A model generated the notes under the pieces. It was not told the origin of the DNA. It worked only from the letters and a program-made list of their open reading frames with translations, and did not search any database. The translations under genes and the position numbers were made by a program. From Cirrosporium novae-zelandiae (lineage: Eukaryota), in contig JAPETS010000023.1 of assembly GCA_026023565.1 (NCBI GenBank), forward strand, positions 62,001-126,000: a stretch of 64,000 nt of DNA, in the 5' to 3' direction. Shown here piece by piece: positions 63,492-64,000 of this stretch (positions are counted from its first letter, which is position 1; the number at the start of each line of letters is the position of its first letter).

Positions 63492-64000
63492 ATGGCTTCT
63501 GTACGTTTTTCTCTCTGGTCTATTCATAAAATACTGCAGAGTTTCTCAAGAGCTCGCTGTTTGAGGATTCAGGCTAACCCGTTTAGTATTCAAATCAGCC
63601 TCGCCCTCTTGCTTTCAACAACCCAGGCTACTTACCAAACGGCGCATCGGGAACGCCAGCTCCTGGTGCTACACCTCTTCTACCTAACAATGGTCGCGTG
63701 ATTCAGAGCAATGGAGCTAGGGTTCTTTGTGTAGCTGATGTTCGGGGTGTGCTGATATGCTCCTTGTGAAGATGGTAACAGAAAGCTAATCAAGTGTGCA
63801 GGGAATCTCAAGTCACTTAACGATCTGGCTGAGCAAGCACGTGCGGACTATATTCTTCATACTGGCGACTTTGGTTTCTACGATGAGAGCTCCCTTGAAA
63901 GAATAGCCGAAAAGTAAGCCTATTGAATATTGAAAGTTGTGAATATGCGAATTTAATAAATGTGCTTTATCAGGACCCTAAAACATGTTGCTCAGTACTC
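63492..64000 (+). CDS. Calcineurin-like metallophosphoesterase-fold protein (DUF2433-like), 5' part only
   Basis: 9-nt first exon (MAS), then RVLCVADVRG/NLKSLNDLA...ILHTGDFGFYD...RIAEK/TLKHVAQY with canonical introns; runs off the window. Confidence 0.8.

Overview
Gene-dense, intron-containing DNA from a filamentous ascomycete (Pezizomycotina), judged from short GT-AG introns with CTRAY branch sites and from gene content. I reconstructed 22 protein-coding genes by manual splicing, two of them cut by the window edges. In order: a Pro/Ser-rich hypothetical protein, riboflavin kinase, the Zn2Cys6 factor AcuK/Ert1, a 14-exon DHA1 MFS transporter, Rad21, Pmr1, a GFA/CENP-V protein, an Hst2-type sirtuin, Cog4, a CSC1/OSCA channel, hexokinase, a second Zn2Cys6 factor, Mon1, Dop1, a small putative mitochondrial membrane protein, a Wss1-like protease, Ind1, Bfr2, a polyol-type SDR, a LaeA-like methyltransferase, Spf30, Yap1 and a DUF2433-like metallophosphoesterase. 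I saw no tRNA, rRNA, CRISPR array or autonomous transposon. This is mostly core genome and I cannot support a new multi-gene system. The most notable non-gene signals are a 232-bp TA-flanked MITE in the wss1 promoter, a candidate poison exon in the riboflavin kinase intron, an in-frame stop-free intron in the Yap1 C-terminal cysteine-rich domain, uORFs ahead of yap1 and acuK, a GC-AG intron, a perfect 20-bp palindrome and a phased TGCCA array. Gene identities come from motif recognition, not database searches.
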